Source of the DNA: Lytechinus pictus
Lineage: Eukaryota
NCBI RefSeq assembly: GCF_037042905.1
Contig: NC_087261.1
Span: 3,348,001-3,412,000, forward strand
Length of the DNA: 64,000 bases
Reading direction: 5' to 3'
The notes under the pieces were generated by a model that did no database searches, had not been told where the DNA came from, and saw nothing but the letters and a program-made list of their open reading frames with translations. The first letter of the stretch is position 1. Each line of letters begins with the position of its first letter. This document shows, piece after piece, positions 1 through 11,231 of the stretch. The position numbers and the translations under genes are program-made.

Positions 1-278
1 GGGGCAGGGTCAAGCGCCCTCATAGCACCCTTCCCCATATATACCCATGTTATTATGACATTATAGAATTTGTGATATTTAGGCCCAATGATATATTATA
101 CACCCTTTCCCACAATTTTCTCGGTCACCCATAGGCCTAGTTATTAATCTTCAATTTTTATGAAACTGTCACGCGCCTACAGAAAATGATGATTCATCGC
201 AGTTCATATAATCCTTTTACTTTTTCTGCCCCCCCCTCCCCCACAACAGAGCAATTAATTCCTAATTCCGATAGAATG

Positions 279-560
279 GAACAAGCTGGTACGGTTTGGT
301 ACGTTTAGGAAACGGCACTATCTGTAAACAACATCATGTGATTGGTCGCGACCTCGTTCCCAAGATAACGATGACGTCATTCTTCCTATTCAACGTTGTG
401 CATACGTTTGTTTACAAGTGTATGGAACAGAACAATGCTGGTACGGCACGGTACGTTTCGGAAACGTGTCAAAATGAAACCAAAACTGCAACGTAGCAAT
501 TACGTTGCAGTATAATACAGGGAGGTATATATAGGGATAGAAACGGGTAGTATATTCATT
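279..560 (+). promoter_or_regulatory. Core and proximal promoter of the 767-1966 gene
   Basis: TATATATAG 526-534 with Inr-like TCATTC (A at 558, 32 nt downstream); perfect CRE ATGACGTCAT 371-380; reverse CCAAT 341-345; TCATGTGA 334-341; forkhead sites GTAAACA 324-330 and TGTTTAC 409-415; no ATG between 558 and 767. Confidence 0.7.
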
Positions 561-766
561 CGCTTCCTGGGTTTCAATTCGATACAATCAGAATTTGCTG
601 CTCGTCTCTAAACCTGATCTTAACCTGGTTCAATTTGTTGTTTTAGGAGAATATTCCTGCGATAGAACAGTTTACATCAGAAGTATATATTTTCAAGAAT
701 TGACCAGTCGCTAATAACTTATATTGCCCGGGTTATTTCGTAGTGAAAGAAGGAAAGAACATCATA

Positions 767-1966
767 ATGCACGATCGTGGAGCAGGAGCATCAGGCATGG
801 GGACGAAACGGAATGAATTCCCTTCTCGTTTCGAAACTGATCAACATGCGGAAGGAGATGACGGCTTGCGTCGAGCTCCGTGTGAATGGATGCCTGGTGG
901 AGGACGTGGACGACGTCGGGCAATGATGGCGATGATGATGATGAATCACTCAAGTGCTTACGGAATGAATCACGGTTTCGTCTTCGGCGGGAGAGGAGGC
1001 ATACGTGGGCACCATAGAGGTTGGTCTGGCTCCGGGGACTGGGGTCGACGACATGGACATGGTGGACGAGGTCGACGTGGATGCATGGAATATGTGGTCG
1101 ATGATGACGATGAAAATGTGGCATCAATGGCAGACCAGATGAACGAATGTCATATGAATGAGGGGCGGAAACGTCATGGAAGTGGATCGAGTGAATCGTC
1201 GTCGAGCAGCAGCAGTAGCAGCAGCAGTGAGATTGATGATGAGGAGAACGCACCCGATGGTGATGTCAAAGAACAACAGCCACACGACGAGGTTCATGAG
1301 TTGGAAGGGCAGTCCACTGACCAAGCTCAACAAGAAAGCAATGAGGCGGATAAAGAGCAAGAACCGTCATCGAGCGCTCGCCGTGGTAAGCATAGATGCA
1401 GACATGGGCGTGGTCATCAAAATCATCGCCTCGGTAAGCGTAAACATCATGGCCACGCCCATTTCCATATTACCTTGACACCTCGACCAATGGCACGTCA
1501 TCCCTGTGGATTTAACAGACCACCAATTCCTCCCATGTATCATCATCTCTTCCATGATCACCATGGCAACCACCACATGGGCAAGAAGTTTTTCAAGAAA
1601 TCCATGAAGCAGTGGTTTAAGGCACAGAGAAAAGCTTGGAAGCAACAGCAGAAGAATCACCATCAACGAAGACAGAGATCAGATGGTGACGAGGCGACCT
1701 CTGGATGCGAGAATGATGAGGAGTGTGCTCACGAAGAATCCGGATGTCAACTTCCCCCTCCATGGCTCTTCTTTGAATACGATCACCATGGGCGTGGTCA
1801 TCGACCAGGATTCTGCCGTCGTGGTAAGAAAGGAGAGAAACTCGGAAAACGGCTCAGCAAACGAAGTGGTGAACGACCAGGGACTGCTATATACAGAGGA
1901 CGCCGCGGCTACCAAGACCCAGAAGGAAGCTGTCAACGATGTCGAGAAGGTACACGAAATCCATGA
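767..1966 (+). CDS. Uncharacterised 399-aa low-complexity protein (Gly/Arg-rich, poly-Ser, acidic, His-rich); single coding exon
   Basis: 1.2-kb ORF, clearly more GC-rich than its flanks; first ATG at 767 with A at -3 (the ORF track starts at an upstream GTG); TATA/Inr upstream and AATAAA downstream. The C-terminal frame is uncertain (see findings). Confidence 0.8.
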   Translation: MHDRGAGASGMGTKRNEFPSRFETDQHAEGDDGLRRAPCEWMPGGGRGRRRAMMAMMMMNHSSAYGMNHGFVFGGRGGIRGHHRGWSGSGDWGRRHGHGGRGRRGCMEYVVDDDDENVASMADQMNECHMNEGRKRHGSGSSESSSSSSSSSSSEIDDEENAPDGDVKEQQPHDEVHELEGQSTDQAQQESNEADKEQEPSSSARRGKHRCRHGRGHQNHRLGKRKHHGHAHFHITLTPRPMARHPCGFNRPPIPPMYHHLFHDHHGNHHMGKKFFKKSMKQWFKAQRKAWKQQQKNHHQRRQRSDGDEATSGCENDEECAHEESGCQLPPPWLFFEYDHHGRGHRPGFCRRGKKGEKLGKRLSKRSGERPGTAIYRGRRGYQDPEGSCQRCREGTRNP

Positions 1967-2249
1967 CGAAAGCGACGGTGAGCACGCACCGATGGAGGCC
2001 GCTGAGTGAACAACGGGTGAAATTTAATGTGCATTGTATATATAACTTTTTGTTCTTTTGTTTATAAACTTGTGTTTCGTAGTTTCATTTCTGTGACATC
2101 GCTTAGTTTATATTTAACATGATAAAACTGCAAACCAATGATACTGATATTGATACTGATATTAATGGACAAACTCTTGATATCTTGTGTTGAAAACATT
2201 TCGTTCTAAACTAAAACTTCTTATTCAAATAATGATGATCTGTGATAAT

Positions 2250-2255
2250 AATAAA
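2250..2255 (+). terminator. Poly(A) signal of the 767-1966 gene
   Basis: AATAAA followed about 30 nt later by the T-rich tract TGTTTTCTCCTTTTCT. Confidence 0.6.
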
Positions 2256-3199
2256 CCAATCATATTTTATACGCTTGTATACAATGTTTTCTCCTTTTCT
2301 GGCCGTGCACACAATAATATTCTTTACGACAAATAAACTGGTACTTCAAATTTCACCACTCTATGAAATAGATATCCCCCGGGAAGCTAATATCTAATTA
2401 AGTGTGTTTCATGTTATGAATATGCATGTAGCGTGTAAGATAATTAAAGATTCATTTTACTCTTTTTGAACAGAATTCGGATGAATAAGTAGTATCCGAA
2501 TCAACTATCATTTAAATTGTTTTGTGTGTGTGTTTTATCAGTTTAGTCGATGTGATAATAATGACTGATAATGATTTTTTTTTAAATGTTTAATGCATAG
2601 ACACTCGCCTTCAAAAAAAGGTTTCGCTTTGATCAAATGACTCGTGGAATTTCATCAAGCCGAGTGGCAGAGACTGCAATTAATATTAGGATAATAATTT
2701 GTAAATAATGTATACATGTGGCGTAAAGCTTGTTTCTTGAAATAATGTCATAAACATACCTTTCTTGTATTACTTGTAATTAATAATGCATGAAATAAGT
2801 ATTGATTGGTAACTAAATAGTAATTTAAAAAAAGCAAAAAAGCTAGAAATAGAAGATAAAGCAAGTAAGAGAAAAATGAATTTATGTTAAAGAGCTTGGA
2901 TTCTCTTATGACAGTGCTGATCTACATGTATTATATTACTGTATTATTATGCCGTAATAAGAATTGATGAATAATTAGGATTGAAATGATATCTTTAGAA
3001 TTTAAAAATATAAAGTTTCGCTTATGGTTTATAACTTGTTCGTATAATCATGTTTATACTTACCATTAAAATAATGTATTATTGTAAATGTTGACTGAAA
3101 CTGGAATTTGTTCTCTTGGTGAAATATTTCCGATCTGATATTAATGAATCATTAATATCACATTGTAAACTAAATGAAATGCATTTATGATGGCGATGT

Positions 3200-4225
3200 G
3201 AGGGGGGAAGAAGAGGGGGGAACAGAAAGGGTTTAACGGGAGGAGATGGGGATGGAGAGAGAAGGGAAGGAGGGAGAGAGGGGAGGATGGTGTAGGAGTG
3301 AGAGAGAGAACGGGGGGGGGGGGGAGCAAATTGGGAGGTAAAAAGGAGAAGGGAAGGGATTGGAGGGGCTCTTGCACATGTGTAATTGAATAAAGCAAGG
3401 ATAAAAGTTAGAGGAAATAAAGAGAGAAAAAATATGGAAAGAAATGGGCATGTGTGAGAAGAAAGACAATTCTAAGCTTGGAAGATAAATGAATGTAGAC
3501 CCATGATAAATATTTTCGATTGCGTGAGTGAATGAAAGAGAGAGAGAGGGTGTGTGTGTGAGGGGGGGGGGGCTGTACAGATATCTCAACCATTCTGAAA
3601 TTTGTGAAATATGTTGTTTGGAAAGGATTGTTCCATTTGTTATAGTTTGACTCTACCCCTCCTATACCAATTACCCCCTTTTAAGCCAGATATTTGCATA
3701 AACTTTCACTCACATTCTTACTGAATTATTCCCATCTATCTGTACCCGGCCTAGCTCCCTCTACCTTCACACCACCCACCCCCGTCCTCTCATATCCCAG
3801 TCAGTCCATTTTCATCATTTCAACTCTTTTTCTCAAGTACTTTTTTATTTTTCTTTCTGCCCCCAACTCTCACTTCCTCCCTTCCTTCACTCTGCCCCCT
3901 TCTCTCTCACCCCTCCCCCATTCCCTTTCGTTTACCTTATTTCCTCCCCCCCCACTCCTGTTTCTAACCTCTCCCTCGCAAACTCTCTCTCTCACACGTT
4001 CCAGTCCCTCTCTCCCTTTGTTTCGCTAAGCCTCCTCCCCCTCTCTATCCATCTTTATTGCTCTTTGCATTTTCGTTTCCTAATTTCCGACCCCACCAAC
4101 TCCTTTCTCTAACCGCTCCCCGCAAACCCTCTCTCTCAACAAGCTCCAGCCCCTTTCCCCACCCCCTCTCTCTCAATATCCCCCCTCTCTCTCAATATCC
4201 CCCCTCTCTCCAATCCCACCCCTAT
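3200..4225. repeat. Low-complexity purine tract (3200-3575) followed by a pyrimidine tract (3740-4225)
   Basis: GA/G-rich then CT/C-rich degenerate microsatellites between two convergent gene ends. Confidence 0.85.
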
Positions 4226-4274
4226 GCTTACCAGCTTGATATCAGAATCTACATTGGAAACAAAAAGTGGGCAC

Positions 4275-5030
4275 TATTTTAAATAATTAAATCGTTTATT
4301 TTAACAATATCTTTTACACCAACATTTTTTGAGAATGGAATTCTTACAAAATACATGTAGGAATAATCATAACGGACCGTTCCAGTATAAAGGGTATGTA
4401 ATTGTCTTATATCAACAGAAAAAAAATATAATTTTGTCAAAATGTAATTAATAAATGATAATAACAGCTACATGATTGTTGAATATGACTTTATGGCTTT
4501 GTAAAAGTAGGACATTTCAAGGGAACTTTATTGGAATCGAATTCTGGACGATGAAACATTGCTGCCACCATAACCGGTAATAAACCGACCTCTGATCTTG
4601 GACACTTATGCTGTAATGCTATAGTGACACAAACAAAACTGACCTCTGACCAACCAAAGACATTACATTGTCCCGGAATAGCATATCATCGGCAGGGTTT
4701 AACTTTGAGTTGGTTCCGTAGGTGGGACTCTAGCATTATGGTCAACAACATTCTGTTAGGTTACAAAGATGGTTATGATAATATTGGAACCAGGCACTTT
4801 TCCTGGAGACATCGTGGCACGTTCACACTGAAGAAGATTGTATGTCTTGCACCATGCTACCATTGGTAGATCCTAGGACTAGTGTGAACACTGCACATCG
4901 TCTGTTGCTGAAGGGGAATGCCAGTTGGTTTGAGGAAGAGGTTACTTTCATCTCAGTCATCTGAACATGATGGTATCCTGTTGATGCTCATGTAGCACTG
5001 GTGATTCACAAGGGGGTCATAAAATTCAAT
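4275..5030 (-). other. OST4: OST4 exon 3 (3' UTR only)
   Basis: Minus-strand acceptor TTCTCTCTTTTCTGTTCTTGGTAG|ATT (AG at 5032-5031); AATAAA on the minus strand at 4532-4527 and 4300-4295; 3' end approximate. Confidence 0.65.
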
Positions 5031-5080
5031 CTACCAAGAACAGAAAAGAGAGAAATTTACAAAATTTCATTCAATGATTT

Positions 5081-5557
5081 CATAAGCTTCAGAATGCAGC
5101 TGCTCGCATCGTCACTTTGTCAAATACCGCTAAACGTGTTCATATCACTCCCATCTTGAATTCGCTGCACTGGCTCCCTATCGAAAATCGGATTATCCTA
5201 TAATCGGATATTATAAGATTTTGTTGCTTGCTTTTCATAGTATTCTTGGATCAGCACCACAATACAGTCTTTCATTTATCAATTACTACAGACCAAGCAG
5301 GTCTTTGCGCTCATCCACTTCTGGCTTCCTTGTTATTCCAAAGGTTTCAAAAACCTGGGGGTAAAGATCATTTGCTTTTGCATGCCCCACTTTGTGGAAT
5401 AGCCTTCCTGAAGACATAAAAAATGTACCTCTGTGAGGCTCTGTCGAAACTTTCAAAAATCTTCTAAAAACTTTTTTATTTAACTCTTAGCTCTTTATGC
5501 ACCTTGAGCACTCTACAGAGTGGATTTGGCACTTTATAAGTCACATTATTATTATAA
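5081..5557 (+). mobile_element. L2-clade LINE, 5'-truncated 3' fragment
   Basis: Degraded ORF2 C-terminus LQNAAARIVT...HITPILNSLHWLPIENRI...YKILLL...APQY...RSLRS...LWNSLP...FKNLLKTFLF, then a typical 3' stem region and (ATT)n tail. Confidence 0.9.
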
Positions 5558-5979
5558 CAACAATGTTACTGCTAAGCATTATGGTAAGTAGTTTTGAAAA
5601 GCCACTGCCTTGTATTGTATGATTACCAGTCTTAGTTGTACAAAATAACAAGCACATTATGATACACATTATGAGACATACAAGAAGATTGAGTAGAAAT
5701 AGTCGATGCACAATATAAATTATAAATAGATACATAAACAAATACATATAAACAGATACATATAAACAATGTTGAATTACATGTACACCAAATTTGAAAT
5801 CTCCTTCATGAATTTCACAAGACACAGTTTAGTTTAAGATAACATACCAATCATGCATGAAGTTTCTATTTATCACATGGTCTGAAATAATTCAGAAACT
5901 GTTCTATGAATAAAAACTGTTCAGAAGTACTTTTATATTTATAAACCTTCAAGTGCATATTCATTCATTATTCCTTCAA

Positions 5980-7440
5980 AAAAGTGTGCCGGGCCAAAAT
6001 CCAAAAGGGCCGCCAACCCCCCCCCCCCCCCAATATCACATTTTTGGCTACAACTTCCTTATTAGGTGGTCTTTTTCTCTGGTTTTGGTGTCTATACAAT
6101 TTGTTTTTCCTATAGGTAGTACTTTTAAACCATTATTTGTAGAGTTAAAAGGTGATTTTACTTAAATTTACCAATATTTAGAGCCTTTTTTCAGTCAAAA
6201 AGTAGATTTCATCGTCTTGTGGTTCTTGGGTATAAGACAATACCTGTTGAACAGTAGTAAGCTGCTTCATATAGCTACATGTATATTGCTTTTATTCCTC
6301 TAAATTGGGGTTTACGGATATTTTCAAAATATATCTTATCAAATAAAAGAAAATGTCATTTATCCATAGGGGCTATACGATATACAATGTACTGTACCAT
6401 ACTACAGGGACATTGCATATATCCATGCATTGACCACCATGACATATAACAAGGCCTGTATATAAACTATAGTGTCATGAAAATGAGCTTCTGAGGTTTA
6501 GAATTAGAGTGTGAATTTGATTGCTTGTCAGCTGATGTACATGATCTAACATGATGTAACATTAATTGCACATAAACATCATATACGTACATCACAATTT
6601 TAGCCATATCTACTTCATTTGGAGGTTTTGGTTTTTTTTTTACCTGGTTGTGGTGTCTAACCCTATGTTTATGAGGTTGGTAATGCTGATCAACAGCCAA
6701 TCAGAATCAAGGATTTCATGCAAGTTACCATTCATTGGATTGCAAAGTAACCATAATGGTAAATTTTATGCAACGGGGCACAGAATAGCTACAGTGTAAA
6801 ATGTAAATGCCATAATGTGGGGTTGACTATAATACATTGTTAATAATATAATACCTCTCTTCGTTTCCTGAATTAGCATATTTGATAAAAGATGTCTTCA
6901 ATTTCTGAGACAAAACATATCTTCAATTTCTGAGGCATCTAATTATAAACCTAAGAGCTTCTTTCTATGACACTATAGTTTATATACAGGCCTTTTCATG
7001 GTGGTCTATGCATGGACATCCATGTGTGGATGCAGTGCAGTACATTGTATACTGTATAGCCCCTATGGATATTTATAGATATATTTCGCAAATATCCGTA
7101 AAACCCAAAGTAGAGGAATAAAAGAAATATAGCTATATGAACCTGCTTGCAATTGTGGAGCTCGCTTCATCTGAAATCCAAGAACCACAAGACGATGAAA
7201 CCTACTTTTGGCTGAAAAAAGGGTCTAAAAATGAGTAAATTTAGGTAAAATCACCATTTAACTCTACAAATAATCGTTTAAAAGTACTAACATTAGGAAA
7301 AACAAATTGCCTGCCCCCCAAAAATATATGAATAGACACCAAAACCAGATAAAAAGACCACCTAATAAAGAAGTTGTGGTCAAAACTGCGGTTTTGGGGG
7401 GTTTGAGCGGCCATTTTGGATTTTTGCCCGGCACAATTTT
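5980..7440. mobile_element. Foldback-type non-autonomous element with ~500-bp inverted arms
   Basis: 5984-6505 is the reverse complement of 6937-7433 (GTGCCGGGCCAAAATCCAAAA / TTTTGGATTTTTGCCCGGCAC; TTTCATCGTCTTGTGGTTCTTGG / CCAAGAACCACAAGACGATGAAA); a small MITE fragment lies in the spacer (6680-6780). Confidence 0.85.
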
Positions 7441-7619
7441 TTCTCGGACCAGAGACAAAAAATATTGTCATTTCGTGTTGAGATACATTACAAGAAGTGA
7501 ATAAAAACTGTTACCATATTAAAATGACCAAAAAAGTATTTTTGACCAACGTATAGCCTACTCCTATTTCAATCTAGCTATCAGGCAATAAAAACATAAT
7601 TGGCATGTTCTGATATACA

Positions 7620-8125
7620 CAGGGGACAGGTCAATCTGCCCAATTAAAATCTCTTTGGACTAGTGAAATCTGTTCAACTTTAAATCATGAAAAAAAAATC
7701 AAGTTCAAAGAAAGAAATTAGACATCCTTTGCATAATCTGGACTGAAAATTTGCTCTGAATTGGCAAATACATGTTCAACTACTCAACTGGAATTTACGC
7801 ATGACTTGATGTTTTATGTGTCACACTTAACTCTTTGTTGAACATCACAGAGATTGTGCAAAACATCTGTTGAAAATCGATTGTATATATATATATATAT
7901 ATATATTATATTTATGCATACATGTATGTTTTACTTGTTTCTTGTCTATACATGCACTTTGTAATGTTAATTTAGTACCAGCAGAGGCAGAATTTCTGTG
8001 TCCTTGCAGACAAATAATATAATGCATCTGACTTTTGAATCTTTTACCTCTGAAGCAAAATTTCTCCAGTCAAGCAGATTTCTCTAGTCCAAGAAAATTT
8101 GACTAAGGCAAACACACTTGTAATC
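7620..8125. mobile_element. Degenerate MITE
   Basis: Inverted match TTGGACTAGTGAAATCTG (near 7655) and CAGATTTCTCTAGTCCAA (near 8075); ends approximate. Confidence 0.45.
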
Positions 8126-8190
8126 TCAAACCACAAGAGAAATTATAACAATCTTACCTGTACAGGATATTTACACCTAGAGTACTGAGC

Positions 8191-8307
8191 TCATTCCGTC
8201 TTGCTCTTGGGATTGTTGACAGCGACAAAATGATATAAGACAACCAGGAGGAATAGACTCACTCCTAGGATGTTGGCAAAGATGGCAAGTTGCACGTCGG
8301 TCACCAT
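8191..8307 (-). CDS. OST4: Dolichyl-diphosphooligosaccharide-protein glycosyltransferase subunit 4 (OST4), 38 aa
   Basis: [38 protein letters not shown] is nearly identical to vertebrate OST4 as I recall it ([37 protein letters not shown]); exon 8308-8158 is bounded by the acceptor CTTTTCTTTCTCTTTCAG and the donor CAG|GTAAGA. Confidence 0.97.
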   Translation of the reverse strand: MVTDVQLAIFANILGVSLFLLVVLYHFVAVNNPKSKTE

Positions 8308-10167
8308 TCTGAAAGAGAAAGAAAAGAGGATGCAGAATTCAATTACTGATGATGGCTCACTATAACTGCACATTCCATGGAAAATAATTATACAATTAAC
8401 ATATTCTGGGCTAAATTCTGAGATCATCAGACCAAATTTGCTACATTCTCTGGACCTGATGGGAATTCAGGGGCAACTGTAAAGTTGTCCATGTCTTTCA
8501 GAGCTTCAGGGATGAATTTTCATAAGCCTTGTGTGCATGTAGATCCCCCCCCCCACACACACAATTATGTAGGCCTCCACATCTATTGGAGTAACCAGGT
8601 GTAACATCATAATACCCTGATTTTGCATTTTCCCAGAGGAACATGTTAAATGTAGAATGGGGGTAGAGTGTCCGGACACTCAAGAATTTTGAAGCCTTCT
8701 TTTTTTCTTTATCTTTGGATTATACAAAAATTATTAATTCAATTGTTGAAATGTTTTTTCACACAAAAAATAAGATTGTAAATAATTATCATTATATAAT
8801 AATTATTTAATAAACAATAATTTTTATCTATGAATTGTTCTTCAAAGCGGCACTTCGTTGCATAGCTCATCGAAGCTACGTCATATCGAAGCGGTTCAAG
8901 GGTCAAGCCTATTGCATTTGCAGTGTTTACGAATGGATACATGAGATCGATCTGGTAAGAAACCACTCATTTTTCTTATTGTTTGTGTGAAATAGTAGTA
9001 CCTTTATACGCATTAGGTGTATATAAAGGTATGTAATATTTAATTTACCGGTAGTCGAAAATTCGTTGGATGGTTACAATGTTAGATATGAAGGGAATTC
9101 TCTTCATGTTCACTAGGTTACAGTCCTTATATGCATGTCTAAGGCCTAGGCTCCGTGAAGTAATGACAATATCAAAATCATAAAAAATATAATCACGGAG
9201 TCCTCTAGGCTACTCAGCACCACTCATCCGATGTACCAGTCACGTTCAGGTGCACATTTTCTCACACTCACACAAGTCCAGGGTAACTAGACATCCCGTA
9301 TTTCCCGGGATCGTCCCGTGCTCTGCTCCTTTGTCCCGGCGTCCCGACAAACCCTTCCCGGGACGCCCATTTGTCCCGTATTTCAGAATATTGAACGAAA
9401 TAAAATTAATACATAGAAAAGAGAAGAATTTTCATCAAATAACCAACAGTTGACGAAGCAGAGACAACAATAAAATCGATAACTGTAAACATTTGCAAGT
9501 TCTGCGGTCCAGCTGCGGTCATTTTCTTTCTCCCCAATACATTGCAAACAAATAGTTACAAAAAAATTGTCTTCGATCTACACACAAACATACAACCACG
9601 TAAAGTCAGCATACACATGTACATGTACTAGCTGCAGCATGCACATGGCTTGCACTGGCCTCCTGCATGTGTGTGGTAGGATTGGAGCAGATTCTCATGG
9701 TGCAAACAATCTCAACATGATAAACAGTTTTTCCACCAAAATAATCACAAAATCAGCGGGAAATTTTTATGCTTTATTATGGATTCTCAGATTAATGATT
9801 TGGTGATGTAATCGGAGGAGCAAGCCTATTATTGAATTTTCATTACTAGATCTAGTTGTCTCAGCTTCCGTTTTGAGTCTTGTTGTGATCAGTGCCAACT
9901 TGTAATGGGATGAGAGATGCCTGTGTGTGATGCCATGACGTTTCATCTAATTTTAAAGGGGAATCCAGCCTTGATCACAAAATGTTGTGTTGGAAAGGAT
10001 AATAATAAATGAAACAGAACGGTGAAAGTTTGACAAAAATCGGACACGCAATAAGAAAGTTTATGGCTGATTTAAAATCGAGATCCCTAAGACTATGTAG
10101 ATTTCAAACTGGGTAAGTAAATTATAACAAGGGGCAAGGACAACTTTCCCATAGGCCATGTACTTCA

Positions 10168-10765
10168 AGGTCAAGTCCACCCCAGAAAAATGTTGATTTG
10201 AATAAATAGAGAAAAATCAAACAAGCATTATGCTGAAAATTTTATCAAAATCGGATGTAAAATAAGAAAGTTATGACATTTTAAAGTTTTGCTTATTTTC
10301 CACAAAACAGTGATATGCACAACTCAGTGACATGCAAATGACAGTCGATGATGTCCTTTACTCACTATTTCTTTTGTTTTTTATTGTTTGAATTATACAA
10401 CATTTAATTTTTTACAGATTTGACAATAAGGACCGACTTGATTGAACCATATAGTATCAAACAATGCTATTTGCACATGTTCAGGGAGAAATTAATCCTT
10501 GTTTCATAGGACAACAGGTGGAAAATTGGAATATATCACATTTCATATAATAAAATACAAAAGAAATAGTGAGTGAGTGATGTCATCAGTCTCATTTGCA
10601 TACCGACAAGGATGTGATTATTACTGTTTTGTGAAATTAAGCGAAACTTTAAAATGTCATTCTTATTTATATTTTACATACGATTTTGATGAAATTTTCA
10701 GTGTTATGCTTGTTGGATTTTTTTTTTTTATTCGAATCAACTTTTTGTTGGGATGGACTAGTCCT
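10168..10765. mobile_element. TTAA-AGG (Kolobok/T2-type) MITE, family B, nested in family A
   Basis: TTCA|AGGTCAAGTCCACCCC ... GGGATGGACTAGTCCT|TTAA; the empty site is visible in the 26287-26880 copy (GCCATGTAC TTTA TTATCAGGG). Confidence 0.88.
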
Positions 10766-10829
10766 TTAATTATCAGGGATTTGTGGTTTTCTCCTAAGTT
10801 CCTATTCCCCTGGGGCAGTAATCAAATAT

Positions 10830-11231
10830 CTTGTCTTGTCTTTCCATTAATGCCCACAATCATTATATTGATTATTATGGCATATGAACGTCAAGATTGA
10901 CTTGACCTGAATTTTGCCGGGACCCGCAGGTGCAATACACCGGGTGAACACCCTACTCTTTGACGAATAGTGTATTGGTTTTAATGTGCACAGGTTGTGA
11001 TTCTCCTATACACGGGACCAACATTTGCGTCCTTATCGATGGACGGAGTGTTTTCCAACTGCATTCACACCTGCACTGAATACAGTGGTGAGGCACGCTA
11101 ACACACAACGCTATAGCATCAGATTTTTTGTCAGACGCGTTTCGGCATGAGCGGGACTCGAACCCCTCACGTTGAGATCTACGATCTTATCCGAAACATG
11201 CGCTTTTACCGACTGAGCTATGCTGCCTCCC
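10830..11231 (-). mobile_element. tRNA-derived SINE with Nin/Deu-like central domain
   Basis: Minus strand: A box TAGCTCAGTCGG, B box GGTTCGAGTCCC, central GGTCCCGTGT...CATTAAA...TTCGTCAAAAGAGTAGGGTGTTCACCCGGTGT, GACAA-repeat tail; absent from the intact family A copy. Confidence 0.85.

Noticed and set aside
762-1936. Antisense ORFs and the 1158-1478 ORF overlapping the first gene
   Set aside because: Shadow ORFs expected from GC-rich low-complexity coding sequence; no promoter or protein features
767-1966. Transformer (185/333) gene
   Set aside because: Only compositional similarity: no leader exon or signal peptide, no intron, no RGD and no recognisable element repeats
8191-8427. 78-aa ORF as listed in the track
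   Set aside because: The N-terminal 40 aa are intron read-through across the polypyrimidine tract; the real start is at 8307
11143-11231. Functional tRNA gene
   Set aside because: Mismatched acceptor, D and T stems, and it continues into a SINE body inserted in a MITE
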